A DNA stretch of 64,000 nucleotides, taken from contig OY760907.1 of NCBI GenBank assembly GCA_963664195.1, positions 3,328,001-3,392,000 on the forward strand, given 5' to 3'. The notes under the pieces are model-generated. The model did not search any database. It was not told the origin of the DNA and saw nothing but the letters and a program-made list of their open reading frames with translations. A program made the translations under genes and the position numbers. The first letter of the stretch is position 1, and every line of letters starts with the position of its first letter. This stretch comes from an uncultured candidate division Zixibacteria bacterium (GTDB taxonomy: Bacteria; Zixibacteria; MSB-5A5; GN15; FEB-12). Below are positions 9,434 to 18,109 of this stretch, piece by piece.

Positions 9434-10519
9434 ATGAGGACGATAGTCATACTGCTTACACTGGTCGCCAGCATTCTGGCTGTTCCTGATGCCGGGGCCG
9501 AGACTCTCACGGTTGTTGAGCGCAGGTTTCAGGCGATGGACAACCTCACGGGTTGCCCTAGTAGTCTGTCAGCGATCAAACTTGGGGGCGACAGCCTGAT
9601 GCACAGCTCATATCTAGGAGTGTTTGTGCAGCCGGACAGCATGCAGCCCTGGGAGAAGGTGATTGACTGCGTAGATGATTATGAGGCTATCTCTTATTAT
9701 GATCGATGTTACTCGCATAAGAAACTCAAGCAGTTGGTTCGACCCGAGGGATTGTGGCGCGTTCCCGAGACGAACGAAATCATCGTTTTTGATGCATACT
9801 GCGATTGGCTGTACTCGCTTCATCTGGGAACAGACCGGGACAGCTATGTCAAGTTGTGGTCTGATAGAGTGAAGGATGATCAGTTCAATGCCGTGAGCAT
9901 TCAGAACGGCCTTATTCTGTGTGGATTACCTCGATATCTGGGGGACAGGGCACTTGCTATCCAATCAGTACACATGACACGCTACGACAAGGTATTCGAG
10001 TATTCGGAGCGGTTGGCACAAAGACTCGATTCTGTCGGCATAGGCATCGGAAATCCCTTCTGCTATCCGGCTTTCAATCCTCATGACAGCACGCTGTGGC
10101 TGGCAATCTACGGATACGATTTCATATATATCACGGATATGACAGGGCACGTTCAAGACAGCCTGCCAATCGATGCATCAGACTACATAGTGCCGCCTCA
10201 GATAAAATCTCGTATTGCCTCCAACGCTGTTGCTGTAGAATGGTGGCGACAGTGGACTCAGACAAGGTCATTGCACTACGCCGCCCCCGGATACTTCCTC
10301 CTGCAATACGACATCGGACTCCAGGAGATTGAAGGCATTGCATTCCGACAACATTCCACGGTAGTCTGGAAGGCTGACGGCGAGAAAGTGCCTCTGGAGG
10401 TCAGCAAACGCTGGGTGTTGGCCGGAGTCGAGCCTGATGGTGAGATCATTTTCTCCTGCTACGAGACAGATGGCGAGCAATCAGGGATCGCGTTTTACAT
10501 AACGAGGATTCAACCATGA
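9434..10519 (+). CDS. Secreted protein, probably a beta-propeller (6-bladed/TolB-like)
   Basis: GGAGG RBS, signal peptide ending AGA, 361 aa beta-strand-rich sequence; fold is inferred. Confidence 0.6.
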   Translation: MRTIVILLTLVASILAVPDAGAETLTVVERRFQAMDNLTGCPSSLSAIKLGGDSLMHSSYLGVFVQPDSMQPWEKVIDCVDDYEAISYYDRCYSHKKLKQLVRPEGLWRVPETNEIIVFDAYCDWLYSLHLGTDRDSYVKLWSDRVKDDQFNAVSIQNGLILCGLPRYLGDRALAIQSVHMTRYDKVFEYSERLAQRLDSVGIGIGNPFCYPAFNPHDSTLWLAIYGYDFIYITDMTGHVQDSLPIDASDYIVPPQIKSRIASNAVAVEWWRQWTQTRSLHYAAPGYFLLQYDIGLQEIEGIAFRQHSTVVWKADGEKVPLEVSKRWVLAGVEPDGEIIFSCYETDGEQSGIAFYITRIQP

Positions 10520-11028
10520 AAGCGAGTCACAGGTCACTGATGAAAGTTGTCGCGTGTGTCCTGCTGCTACTCGTCCCGATGCTCGTGGGATGGGCGGTAT
10601 CGAAGGATCACAACCAACCGATCTTTCTCCACTCGGTATTGGGCGAACTTCCAGCCGGTCAGGAAACATATCACTTACTCATCTACATTGACATTGACGC
10701 CTGCCTCGCCTGCACTGAAGACATGGCCGCCTGGATTGAACTCGAAAACGAGTTGCCAAAACATGGTTGTTCGTTTTCGCTTTGGGCGCCGCCCGCCGAT
10801 TCATTTGACGTAGCCTACGCGATGGAGCTTGAGGGCCTCAAGACACCGGTGCGGACTCTCTCGATGTCGACGCTGAAAGATCTCGGGTGGGCCGACAGCA
10901 GGACGCCCATACGCGCATTGCTCGACGATTCCGGATGCGCCTTTCACATCCAGGGACCGATGGGGCATCCGGATCAATCACGGAAGTACGCTGCACGACT
11001 ACTGGAGGAGATATGCTCACACGAATGA
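10516..11028 (+). CDS. Membrane-anchored thioredoxin-fold (TlpA/AhpC-like) protein with CxxC
   Basis: N-terminal TM; LLIYIDIDACLAC; cis-Pro-like TPIRALLDDSG; ATGA overlap with upstream gene. Confidence 0.7.
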   Translation: MKASHRSLMKVVACVLLLLVPMLVGWAVSKDHNQPIFLHSVLGELPAGQETYHLLIYIDIDACLACTEDMAAWIELENELPKHGCSFSLWAPPADSFDVAYAMELEGLKTPVRTLSMSTLKDLGWADSRTPIRALLDDSGCAFHIQGPMGHPDQSRKYAARLLEEICSHE

Positions 11029-11573
11029 GAAGGCGCATTCTGGTCAGTAGTATTCTCGCGACGTTCTGTCTGCTAGAGACGGGTTGCATGTGGCTCCCAC
11101 GCCGTCCCGAGTATCGCCTCCACCTGGCTGACGCACAACCGGGCATTGCGCGCCTGTTGGAATCCTACCCTGCTACCTTTGACCATGGGATGACGTTGGT
11201 CACTTTTCTTGATCGCCGTCCCTGAGGCCTCAGCTATCTGGAGTCCCCGTGTTGGGACGATTGGCAGCAAGGCATGACAGACCGTGGACTGGGGTTTGTC
11301 TTCGTAACGACCGACATCGATTCCTCTGGCGTGGTGTGGGCGGCGCATCTCGAAGGTGTTCACGCGCCCGTACTGGTAGTGGACTGGTATGACGATTTTT
11401 TTGAGGAACTCGACCTTCCACCGGGACTGGCACCGCTTCACTTCCTGATCGACTCCACTGCAGCCATTCATGGCGGGTGGAGTGCTCAGCTTTTCAACGA
11501 GGAGTGCTGCGAGAAGCTCCTTGGCGTGGTCGACCTGTGGGTTCCGGCCTCAGACAGCCTTGGCCATCAATGA
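11025..11573 (+). CDS. Thioredoxin-fold lipoprotein with in-frame UGA (11223-11225) at the catalytic Cys position; probable selenoprotein (UxxS)
   Basis: Track ORFs 10887-11225 and 11274-11573 are in one frame, separated only by one TGA; LVTFLDRRP-U-GLS aligns with LIYIDIDA-C-LAC of the neighbour; LAPLHFLIDSTA cis-Pro region; SECIS-like hairpin downstream. Confidence 0.65.
11226..11265 (+). promoter_or_regulatory. Putative bacterial SECIS element
   Basis: Upper stem GTCCC/GGGAC (11243-47/11254-58), loop CGTGTT starting 22 nt after UGA with GU at loop positions 2-3; lower stem GCTATC/GAT(T)GGC. Confidence 0.55.
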
Positions 11574-11846
11574 CCAAAAATTCCGGCTGGGGCTGTTCCT
11601 TCCACCGAGTGAAAAACACGCCAAGTCACCTCCTCCCTCTGTACGAGCGCACCGGGATATCGAATCGGCAGGTCCCGTCTTGCCTCTCTCGAATTTCGTT
11701 CCCCGGACGTCTTCTGTCTACTTGTTGCGGTCTGAGACAGCACCTGACGTACTTCCATTAGGGCCCATTAACTCCGGTCTATCAGACCCGATACCACTGC
11801 TTTGAAGTCGCAAACCTTCGGGTCAGCAAAGGAACGGATTAGAGTC

Positions 11847-12602
11847 ATGTGCGTACGTATCATAATCAACGCCGATGACCTCGGATTCAGCGTCGCCGTG
11901 AACGACGCCATCTTCGGTCTGGTAGCCAAAAGGCTTGTGACGTCGGCAACGATCCTGGCCAACGCCCCCGGTACAGCTGATGCTCTCGCGCGACTGTCCG
12001 AATTCCCTTCCTGTTCGTTTGGCGCTCACCTCAACGTCATGTCGTTCGCACCGCTGACAGAAGCGGCCGCTTTCAACGGCCTGCTTAGTGACGACGGTGA
12101 TTTTGAAGGAACATTCGATCGCGATCCTCTTCCCCACACAGTGCGAACGGCTATTCGCGAGGAGTGGTGTGCGCAGGTCGCTTTCCTGTTGGACCGGGGA
12201 GTCGCGGTGAGTCACCTTGACTCTCATTATCATATTCACACTCGGCCCAGGTTGTTCTTCGCATTCAAGTCTGTGCAGAAGCGGTTTGGAATCCGTCGAG
12301 CGCGGTTGACAAAGAATCTATACTCTGCGGCCGTTCCGCCGACCTCGACAACCCTTGCTGTAAAGAAGAAGCTCTGGAATCTTGCCCTCGCGCGCTACTT
12401 CGCTACGACCACAACTGACCGTTTCACTGAATTCGGCACATTCATGGAAGTCGCCCGTGAGGTGCCCTGGTCCGATCAAACTGTTGAGCTGATGACTCAT
12501 CCCGGCAGCGCTCTCTGCGCCAAGGAGACAATGATGCTGGAGGCATTTCAACCGGGTGAGCTGCCGTTTGAGGCCCGGCTGATTAGCTATGATGAACTGT
12601 GA
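11847..12602 (+). CDS. ChbG/YdjC-family carbohydrate deacetylase
   Basis: IINADDLG, GAHLN, SHLDSHYHIH, ELMTHPG motifs. Confidence 0.88.
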   Translation: MCVRIIINADDLGFSVAVNDAIFGLVAKRLVTSATILANAPGTADALARLSEFPSCSFGAHLNVMSFAPLTEAAAFNGLLSDDGDFEGTFDRDPLPHTVRTAIREEWCAQVAFLLDRGVAVSHLDSHYHIHTRPRLFFAFKSVQKRFGIRRARLTKNLYSAAVPPTSTTLAVKKKLWNLALARYFATTTTDRFTEFGTFMEVAREVPWSDQTVELMTHPGSALCAKETMMLEAFQPGELPFEARLISYDEL

Positions 12603-12623
12603 GCCGATCATATCGCGTCCAGG

Positions 12624-13832
12624 ATGTTCTCTATGACCTTCGTTGATTACATTGAGATGGTTCTGCTCGTGAGCTTATCACTGGGCGTCCTCTACCTGTA
12701 CTTCCTTGCCGCAGTTGGTATCTTTGGCAAACGGAGATTATCCTCGCCTTCGAGAGACTGCGCGATTCGCATTCTTGTGCCGGCCTACAACGAAGAGGCC
12801 GGTATTGCAGACACCCTGGCGAGTCTGCAGAAACTTGAACCGGCCGGCTGGGTTGAGATCGTTGTCATCGCTGACAACTGCACGGACCGAACCGCCGAGA
12901 TAGCACGAGCGTACGGCGTGCGTGTACTCGAAAGAGCCGATCCAGATCACCGGGGCAAGGGCGAGGCTCTTGAATGGGCCATCGACCAGTGCGGACTTGA
13001 TGATTGCGATGTCGTGCTAGTAACCGATGCCGATACCGAGGTGGAGTCAAACGCGCTGCGGGTGATCGCGGCCGCAGTAGAGAGCGGAGCGGGGGTCGTA
13101 CAACTCAACCTGGAGGTATCGGCAGGCTGTGGAGCGCCGCTGGCCCGCCTTCAAAACATAGCGAATGCCGTCGAAAACCGGTACTTCTATCACGGGCGTT
13201 CTCTGCTGCACCTGCCCGTTCTTCTCCGCGGATCAGGCATGGCATTCACTTCCGGCGTTTTGCGCAACTACCCATTCCGTTCTCACTCGATTACAGAAGA
13301 CTCGGATTTCGCCGTCGATTTGATGCGTGGCGGCGTCCGGGTCGATTACGTCATGGAGAGCACGATCAGTACAGCGGCGACATCGACATACTACCAGAGC
13401 CAGGCTCAACGCGATCGCTGGGCTTCGGGCATCTTCAGTATTATCAAGTCTCGCACGATGCCCCTGCTGCGGACCGGATTGGCGACGGGCAGATTCGGCC
13501 TGGTCGAGTCAGCCTCCAGTCTCTTCCTGCTCAGTAGATTAACCATGATCTATCTCGCTGCGATCTGCATGATGCTCTCGCTCGGCTGTTCGGTCGGGCA
13601 CCGGATTCCCTTTCTCATCTGGAGCGATCTGCTATGCATTCTGATAGTTCTGTACTTGATCTCCGGAATTCTCCTTGTCAAAGAAAAGAAGGCGGCACTT
13701 GAGTCCCTGCTGTATGCTCCGGCCTTCGGCATCTGGCTTTTTGCAGTTCAGGCCAGAGCTTTGTTTGGTCGTAAGGATCACAAGTGGGTCAGAACCGAGC
13801 GCGAGAGCAGGACAGGAGTGCTCAAGGACTGA
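12624..13832 (+). CDS. Membrane GT2 family glycosyltransferase
   Basis: VPAYNEE, ADNCTD, GKGEAL, DAD, TED and QRDRW (QxxRW) motifs with C-terminal TMs. Confidence 0.92.
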   Translation: MFSMTFVDYIEMVLLVSLSLGVLYLYFLAAVGIFGKRRLSSPSRDCAIRILVPAYNEEAGIADTLASLQKLEPAGWVEIVVIADNCTDRTAEIARAYGVRVLERADPDHRGKGEALEWAIDQCGLDDCDVVLVTDADTEVESNALRVIAAAVESGAGVVQLNLEVSAGCGAPLARLQNIANAVENRYFYHGRSLLHLPVLLRGSGMAFTSGVLRNYPFRSHSITEDSDFAVDLMRGGVRVDYVMESTISTAATSTYYQSQAQRDRWASGIFSIIKSRTMPLLRTGLATGRFGLVESASSLFLLSRLTMIYLAAICMMLSLGCSVGHRIPFLIWSDLLCILIVLYLISGILLVKEKKAALESLLYAPAFGIWLFAVQARALFGRKDHKWVRTERESRTGVLKD

Positions 13833-14076
13833 TCGGCAAGAAAACACTCCGAGCGCCGCTTTCTTCTGAAAACTCAATCTCGCCCTTCATCAGCTTTCTG
13901 GAATCAGTGGTCTGCTGCGGGCCACAGTGCTGTTCCTGAATCCTACCGCCTCTGCAAAAACGACACTCGGAAAGAATCAGGCGGTCCGGAGACCGCCTGA
14001 TTGTGAAGGTACTATTGCTTGAGAGAGCGTCACCTTCGACATAGGGAACTGTCGCTCTACTCGACTCAGCGTGTGC

Positions 14077-17000
14077 CTATTTGAGCAACAGCATCTTCTT
14101 TGTCTCTGTAAACTCACCCGCCTCCAGGCGATACAGGTAGACACCGCTCGCCTGAGCCGAGGCATCCCATGAACCGCTGTGCCGACCGGCCGGCAACTGA
14201 GCGTCGATGACGGTTGCCACCCGCTGACCAAGAATGTTGAACACTTCCAGTTTGACGTGTGTCGCTGTCGGAAGCGCAAACGGAATATCTGTCGTCGGGT
14301 TAAACGGGTTCGGATAGTTTTCCGACAGCCTGAACGTCAGCGACTCATCGTCAACCAACTGCTGCTCCTCATGCGGATGTGGAACGTCAACATACTGAAG
14401 GGCAAACACCGGTCCCCAGTCATCCGAGCCAACGGCGCGCACCTGCCAGTAGTAGATTGTCGTATCCTCTCCTGTCAGTTCGTTCACCAGTCTGTAACTA
14501 TTGCCGGCCACAAAAGCTGTCTCGAGAACGGTCTCGAATGTCAGCTTGTCCGAGATGCGGAACTCACCCGTTGCCTCATCAGCCATGGGAAGACTACTCT
14601 GGTGAGTATCGGTGTCAGCCAGCGTGCGATCCTCAAGAACGTTGTCGGAATTCCGATACGCCGGTGGATCCGGAATAGGAAGGATATTCACAATCCCGTC
14701 ATCCCACGTGAACTCAGGGCGATACTCGACGGTGGCAGCACCCTGCACTGGCGAGATAGGAGAGTTTCCTTCCGGAAAAATCGGGAACGTATAACCGGAA
14801 CCGGAGGTCGACTGGTCCCTGGCAATCACGTAGCGTTCACTGCCGAGGCTGTATTCAAGCGAGAACAGCGCTGACTCTTCCCCGCTCTGCAAGTTGCCCA
14901 CTATGAGGTCGTAGCGACCAGAGCCAACGGACGGCACGGTTGCGGTAGCGTCCAAATGAGAGTCACCGTCGAGGTTGCGACGATAGATCGAACCCGAGAC
15001 GATACCGTTTGAAACTGCACTCAACCTTGCCTCATTCGGTGCAACGATTTCGATATCAGCGTTGTTTCGAACGGCAACCTGTAGAAGACCGGTTGATTGA
15101 TCCATGGGATTTAGTGAGTTCCGGAAGAGATGGAGAGATGATACAGGCGCCCCGAGGACGGTCTGTATTGCAGAAACCACGATGTCGATGTCACCGTCGA
15201 TGTCGATATCCATGCAATCGATCTGACAAGGTTCGTAGCCGGACATATCCATCCGCATCTCGTCAGTGAATTGGCCCAGACCGTTTCCGAATACTACCCC
15301 GACATACTCCTCGCTTTCGTTGATGAAGGCAATGTCCAGCAAGCCGTCATTGTTGACATCCGCCGGACTTGTTTTGGACACGATTCCGCGGAATGTACGG
15401 ACGACCTGCTGATTGAATGAGCCGTCGCCATAGCCCAGATACACTCTCAGTCGGCTCATCTCTCCTCCGATAACCGGAGAAGCAATACACAGATCAAAGA
15501 GTCCGTCGCCGTTGAAATCAGTGCCCGCGCCAGTAACTTCGATATCCGGCATGGAGAACGGCACAGAATACGAGTTGGCCAGCACGTAGTTGGCACCCAG
15601 GAGGTTCATGTATATCTCAATGCCCTCGTATGTTCCGATCGCAAGATCATCTAAACCGTCGTCGTTGAAGTCTGCACTGTTGACAGACATAGGCGCGCCG
15701 CCAGCGGCAAACGTCAGCGACTGGGTGAAACCGCCATCTGCCGATCCCGCGTACACTGTCACTCCGGTTGTGGTCGCAACCACATAGTCAAGGTAAGCGT
15801 CGCCGTTGAAATCAGCCATCACGGCACCCTGGACGTTGCCGTCCGGTTTGGCTGCCGTGTTGTCATAGACGGTGAAGGTGTTGTCACCGTTCCCGTGGAA
15901 TACCCAGAGATTGGAGGAGACACAACTGACAGCATCCAGATACGCGTCATCATTGAAGTAACCGGTGGCGATCCCCAGGTTCGAGGACATATCCTCAATG
16001 GCAAACACTTCCTGGAGACTCGTATTGCTGTAGAGATCGTACACGCCGAGTACCTTGTCGGTGCCCCAATAGGTCGATGACATGACTATCTCCGGACGGA
16101 AGTCTCCGTCGAAGTCACCGTGAGTCATCGCAGTTGCATGCTGCGTTCCGTAAGTAGAAGACTTGAGGTAATCAACAATGAAACCGGTCGCCGAAACGAC
16201 CTGAACCGTCGCAGTCTCCGTTGTGCTCAGGCCGGTCTGCAGATCGGTGGCCTCAAACACGGCCTCCCAGACACCGACGTCATTGGCGTCAGGATTCCAG
16301 TAGAAGTCGCCTCCGCTGAAGTCGACCATCGCGACTGGCGCCAAGTGCGGGAAGTCGGGGGTCTCGAAGGAAACTAGTGATAGATCGATGGGATTGCCGC
16401 CCGGTGAATAACCTGTCACTGCGAACGAAATCGCGTCGCCAACGACAGAAACGCCCGGATCAACCACAATCGTATTGATTACCGGCGGCAAAGAGATGGA
16501 ACTCCCCACGCCGATCAAACCAGGGACCACGGTCGGTTCGATGCGATCGCCGCAGTTTGCTCGCAGGCTTGAGCCGACACCGAATCGTTGGTACGGCCCA
16601 ACGATCACATCCCCGGTAGCAAGACCCGTAAGGTACAACTCAGCCACCGGTCCATCACCCGCGGCCAGTTCAAAACCATGAGTATCGTAGGCATAGGCCA
16701 CGATACTGTCGGGAAGAACACCATCAGCAAGAATTGCGCCATACCCCTGCTTGCTGACCAGCGCCGGCGCCATCAGACGGCCCATCCAGCGAAGTGAGTC
16801 GAAGCGCACGTTACCGTTGTTGTAGCTCTCGATATCGAGATACAGTGACAGCCACTTGATCGGTTCATCGTTGAACAGATTGACTGTCACGGGCATGGAT
16901 TCGCCGACGGAAATCTCAGTAGGAGTAATGTAGATCCTGTCAGGCTGGCCCTCGTCGCCGATGCCGGTTCCTCCGCCGCACGAAAGCGGCAGAATGGCAG

Positions 17001-18099
17001 TCAGGATAACCTCGTCAAGCGCAGGAACGAAGTACTCGTTGTACTCACTGCCCACGGGCGAGAACTTCGGATGACTCTCGTTGATCGATCTAAGAGTCAT
17101 TGTGCCGGTCTCGTATGCGGTGAAATAGGCAGTGGCAAGAGTACCGTTGAAATCTGCCGGCAAGGGCGTGCCTTTCATGTAAATCAGCAACGTGTCTCCA
17201 AAGTCACCGTCCTCGTCGCCCCTGAAACTGACAAACCGATCACCCAAAGACGAACCGCAGCCATAGACTACCGAGTCAAGCTGCACCAATGCCGGGACTG
17301 GTTCGATTTCCGCAAACAGCTTGATCCTGATCATATCCAGCGCTTCGTCGTTATAGACTTTGATCGGTACTGGCGTAGACTCCCACATTGCCATATCGGT
17401 GGTCTCCAGAACGACAACATCGGGGGTACCCGGGTCGTCAAGGATTGGCGACTCGATATCTATGACGTCGAAGACTTTCGGCGGACACGCAGGGAAGTAA
17501 TAGTCGTTGCCGAGAGGATCCACGCCAGCTCCCCACAGCTTGGTTTGACCGTTGAGGTTTCTTACTTCGATCTGACCGAGAGACTGACAACTGACGTTGA
17601 TTCTGCTCGCGGTCCAGGGATAATCGTATCCTGATGTGTCGAAGTCCGGGAGGTATTCGTCCGGACTGAGAGCATATCGTCGAAGGATAACCGTATCAGG
17701 CAGCATTCCGTCAGAGACTGTCTGCACCTGAATGTTGGGCAACCAATCCCCCGGCATGCCGCCGGTGAAATGATAGAAATCATCCACGCTGATACTTGCG
17801 CCGTCAAGCGAAACGATTTCGAGCACAAACTCGACTCCTGACAATTCATGATCGACCTTCAAGTCAAGACCAATGCACTGGTTGAGGCCGTCGGGTTGAT
17901 TGCATTCAATAACCGCGTCGTTACCAAAGTGTATGAGCACCGAATCCTGCAATTCGGCATCGTCGGCAGCCTGGGCTGCCGGGGTCATCGCACCCAGGCA
18001 TAGGACCAGGGTCAGAACTACCAGAATAGCACAGCTATTCGCGTTGAGGTTTCCCGCACGGGAAGTCTGATTCGAGTTGCATCTGTTTAGCCGTAGCAT
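14077..18099 (-). CDS. Large secreted protein: 2-3 cohesin-like modules, Ig-like domain, FG-GAP/VCBS propeller, T9SS/FlgD-type C-terminal sorting domain
   Basis: Signal peptide; repeated D.G.PD...VPI.VYNDE.L modules; DFNGDAYLD/DFNDDGLDD/DVNNDGLLD repeats; NYPNPFNPTT...SGVYLYRL...KKMLLLK tail. Confidence 0.8.
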   Translation of the reverse strand: MLRLNRCNSNQTSRAGNLNANSCAILVVLTLVLCLGAMTPAAQAADDAELQDSVLIHFGNDAVIECNQPDGLNQCIGLDLKVDHELSGVEFVLEIVSLDGASISVDDFYHFTGGMPGDWLPNIQVQTVSDGMLPDTVILRRYALSPDEYLPDFDTSGYDYPWTASRINVSCQSLGQIEVRNLNGQTKLWGAGVDPLGNDYYFPACPPKVFDVIDIESPILDDPGTPDVVVLETTDMAMWESTPVPIKVYNDEALDMIRIKLFAEIEPVPALVQLDSVVYGCGSSLGDRFVSFRGDEDGDFGDTLLIYMKGTPLPADFNGTLATAYFTAYETGTMTLRSINESHPKFSPVGSEYNEYFVPALDEVILTAILPLSCGGGTGIGDEGQPDRIYITPTEISVGESMPVTVNLFNDEPIKWLSLYLDIESYNNGNVRFDSLRWMGRLMAPALVSKQGYGAILADGVLPDSIVAYAYDTHGFELAAGDGPVAELYLTGLATGDVIVGPYQRFGVGSSLRANCGDRIEPTVVPGLIGVGSSISLPPVINTIVVDPGVSVVGDAISFAVTGYSPGGNPIDLSLVSFETPDFPHLAPVAMVDFSGGDFYWNPDANDVGVWEAVFEATDLQTGLSTTETATVQVVSATGFIVDYLKSSTYGTQHATAMTHGDFDGDFRPEIVMSSTYWGTDKVLGVYDLYSNTSLQEVFAIEDMSSNLGIATGYFNDDAYLDAVSCVSSNLWVFHGNGDNTFTVYDNTAAKPDGNVQGAVMADFNGDAYLDYVVATTTGVTVYAGSADGGFTQSLTFAAGGAPMSVNSADFNDDGLDDLAIGTYEGIEIYMNLLGANYVLANSYSVPFSMPDIEVTGAGTDFNGDGLFDLCIASPVIGGEMSRLRVYLGYGDGSFNQQVVRTFRGIVSKTSPADVNNDGLLDIAFINESEEYVGVVFGNGLGQFTDEMRMDMSGYEPCQIDCMDIDIDGDIDIVVSAIQTVLGAPVSSLHLFRNSLNPMDQSTGLLQVAVRNNADIEIVAPNEARLSAVSNGIVSGSIYRRNLDGDSHLDATATVPSVGSGRYDLIVGNLQSGEESALFSLEYSLGSERYVIARDQSTSGSGYTFPIFPEGNSPISPVQGAATVEYRPEFTWDDGIVNILPIPDPPAYRNSDNVLEDRTLADTDTHQSSLPMADEATGEFRISDKLTFETVLETAFVAGNSYRLVNELTGEDTTIYYWQVRAVGSDDWGPVFALQYVDVPHPHEEQQLVDDESLTFRLSENYPNPFNPTTDIPFALPTATHVKLEVFNILGQRVATVIDAQLPAGRHSGSWDASAQASGVYLYRLEAGEFTETKKMLLLK

Positions 18100-18109
18100 G
18101 TCTTTCCTC

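Noticed and set aside
5608..13832. Integrative element inserted at tRNA-Leu
   Set aside because: No integrase or transposase and no convincing duplicated tRNA 3' end; the 12-bp GTCCGACCTCCG match near 55732 lies inside cydA and is likely chance.
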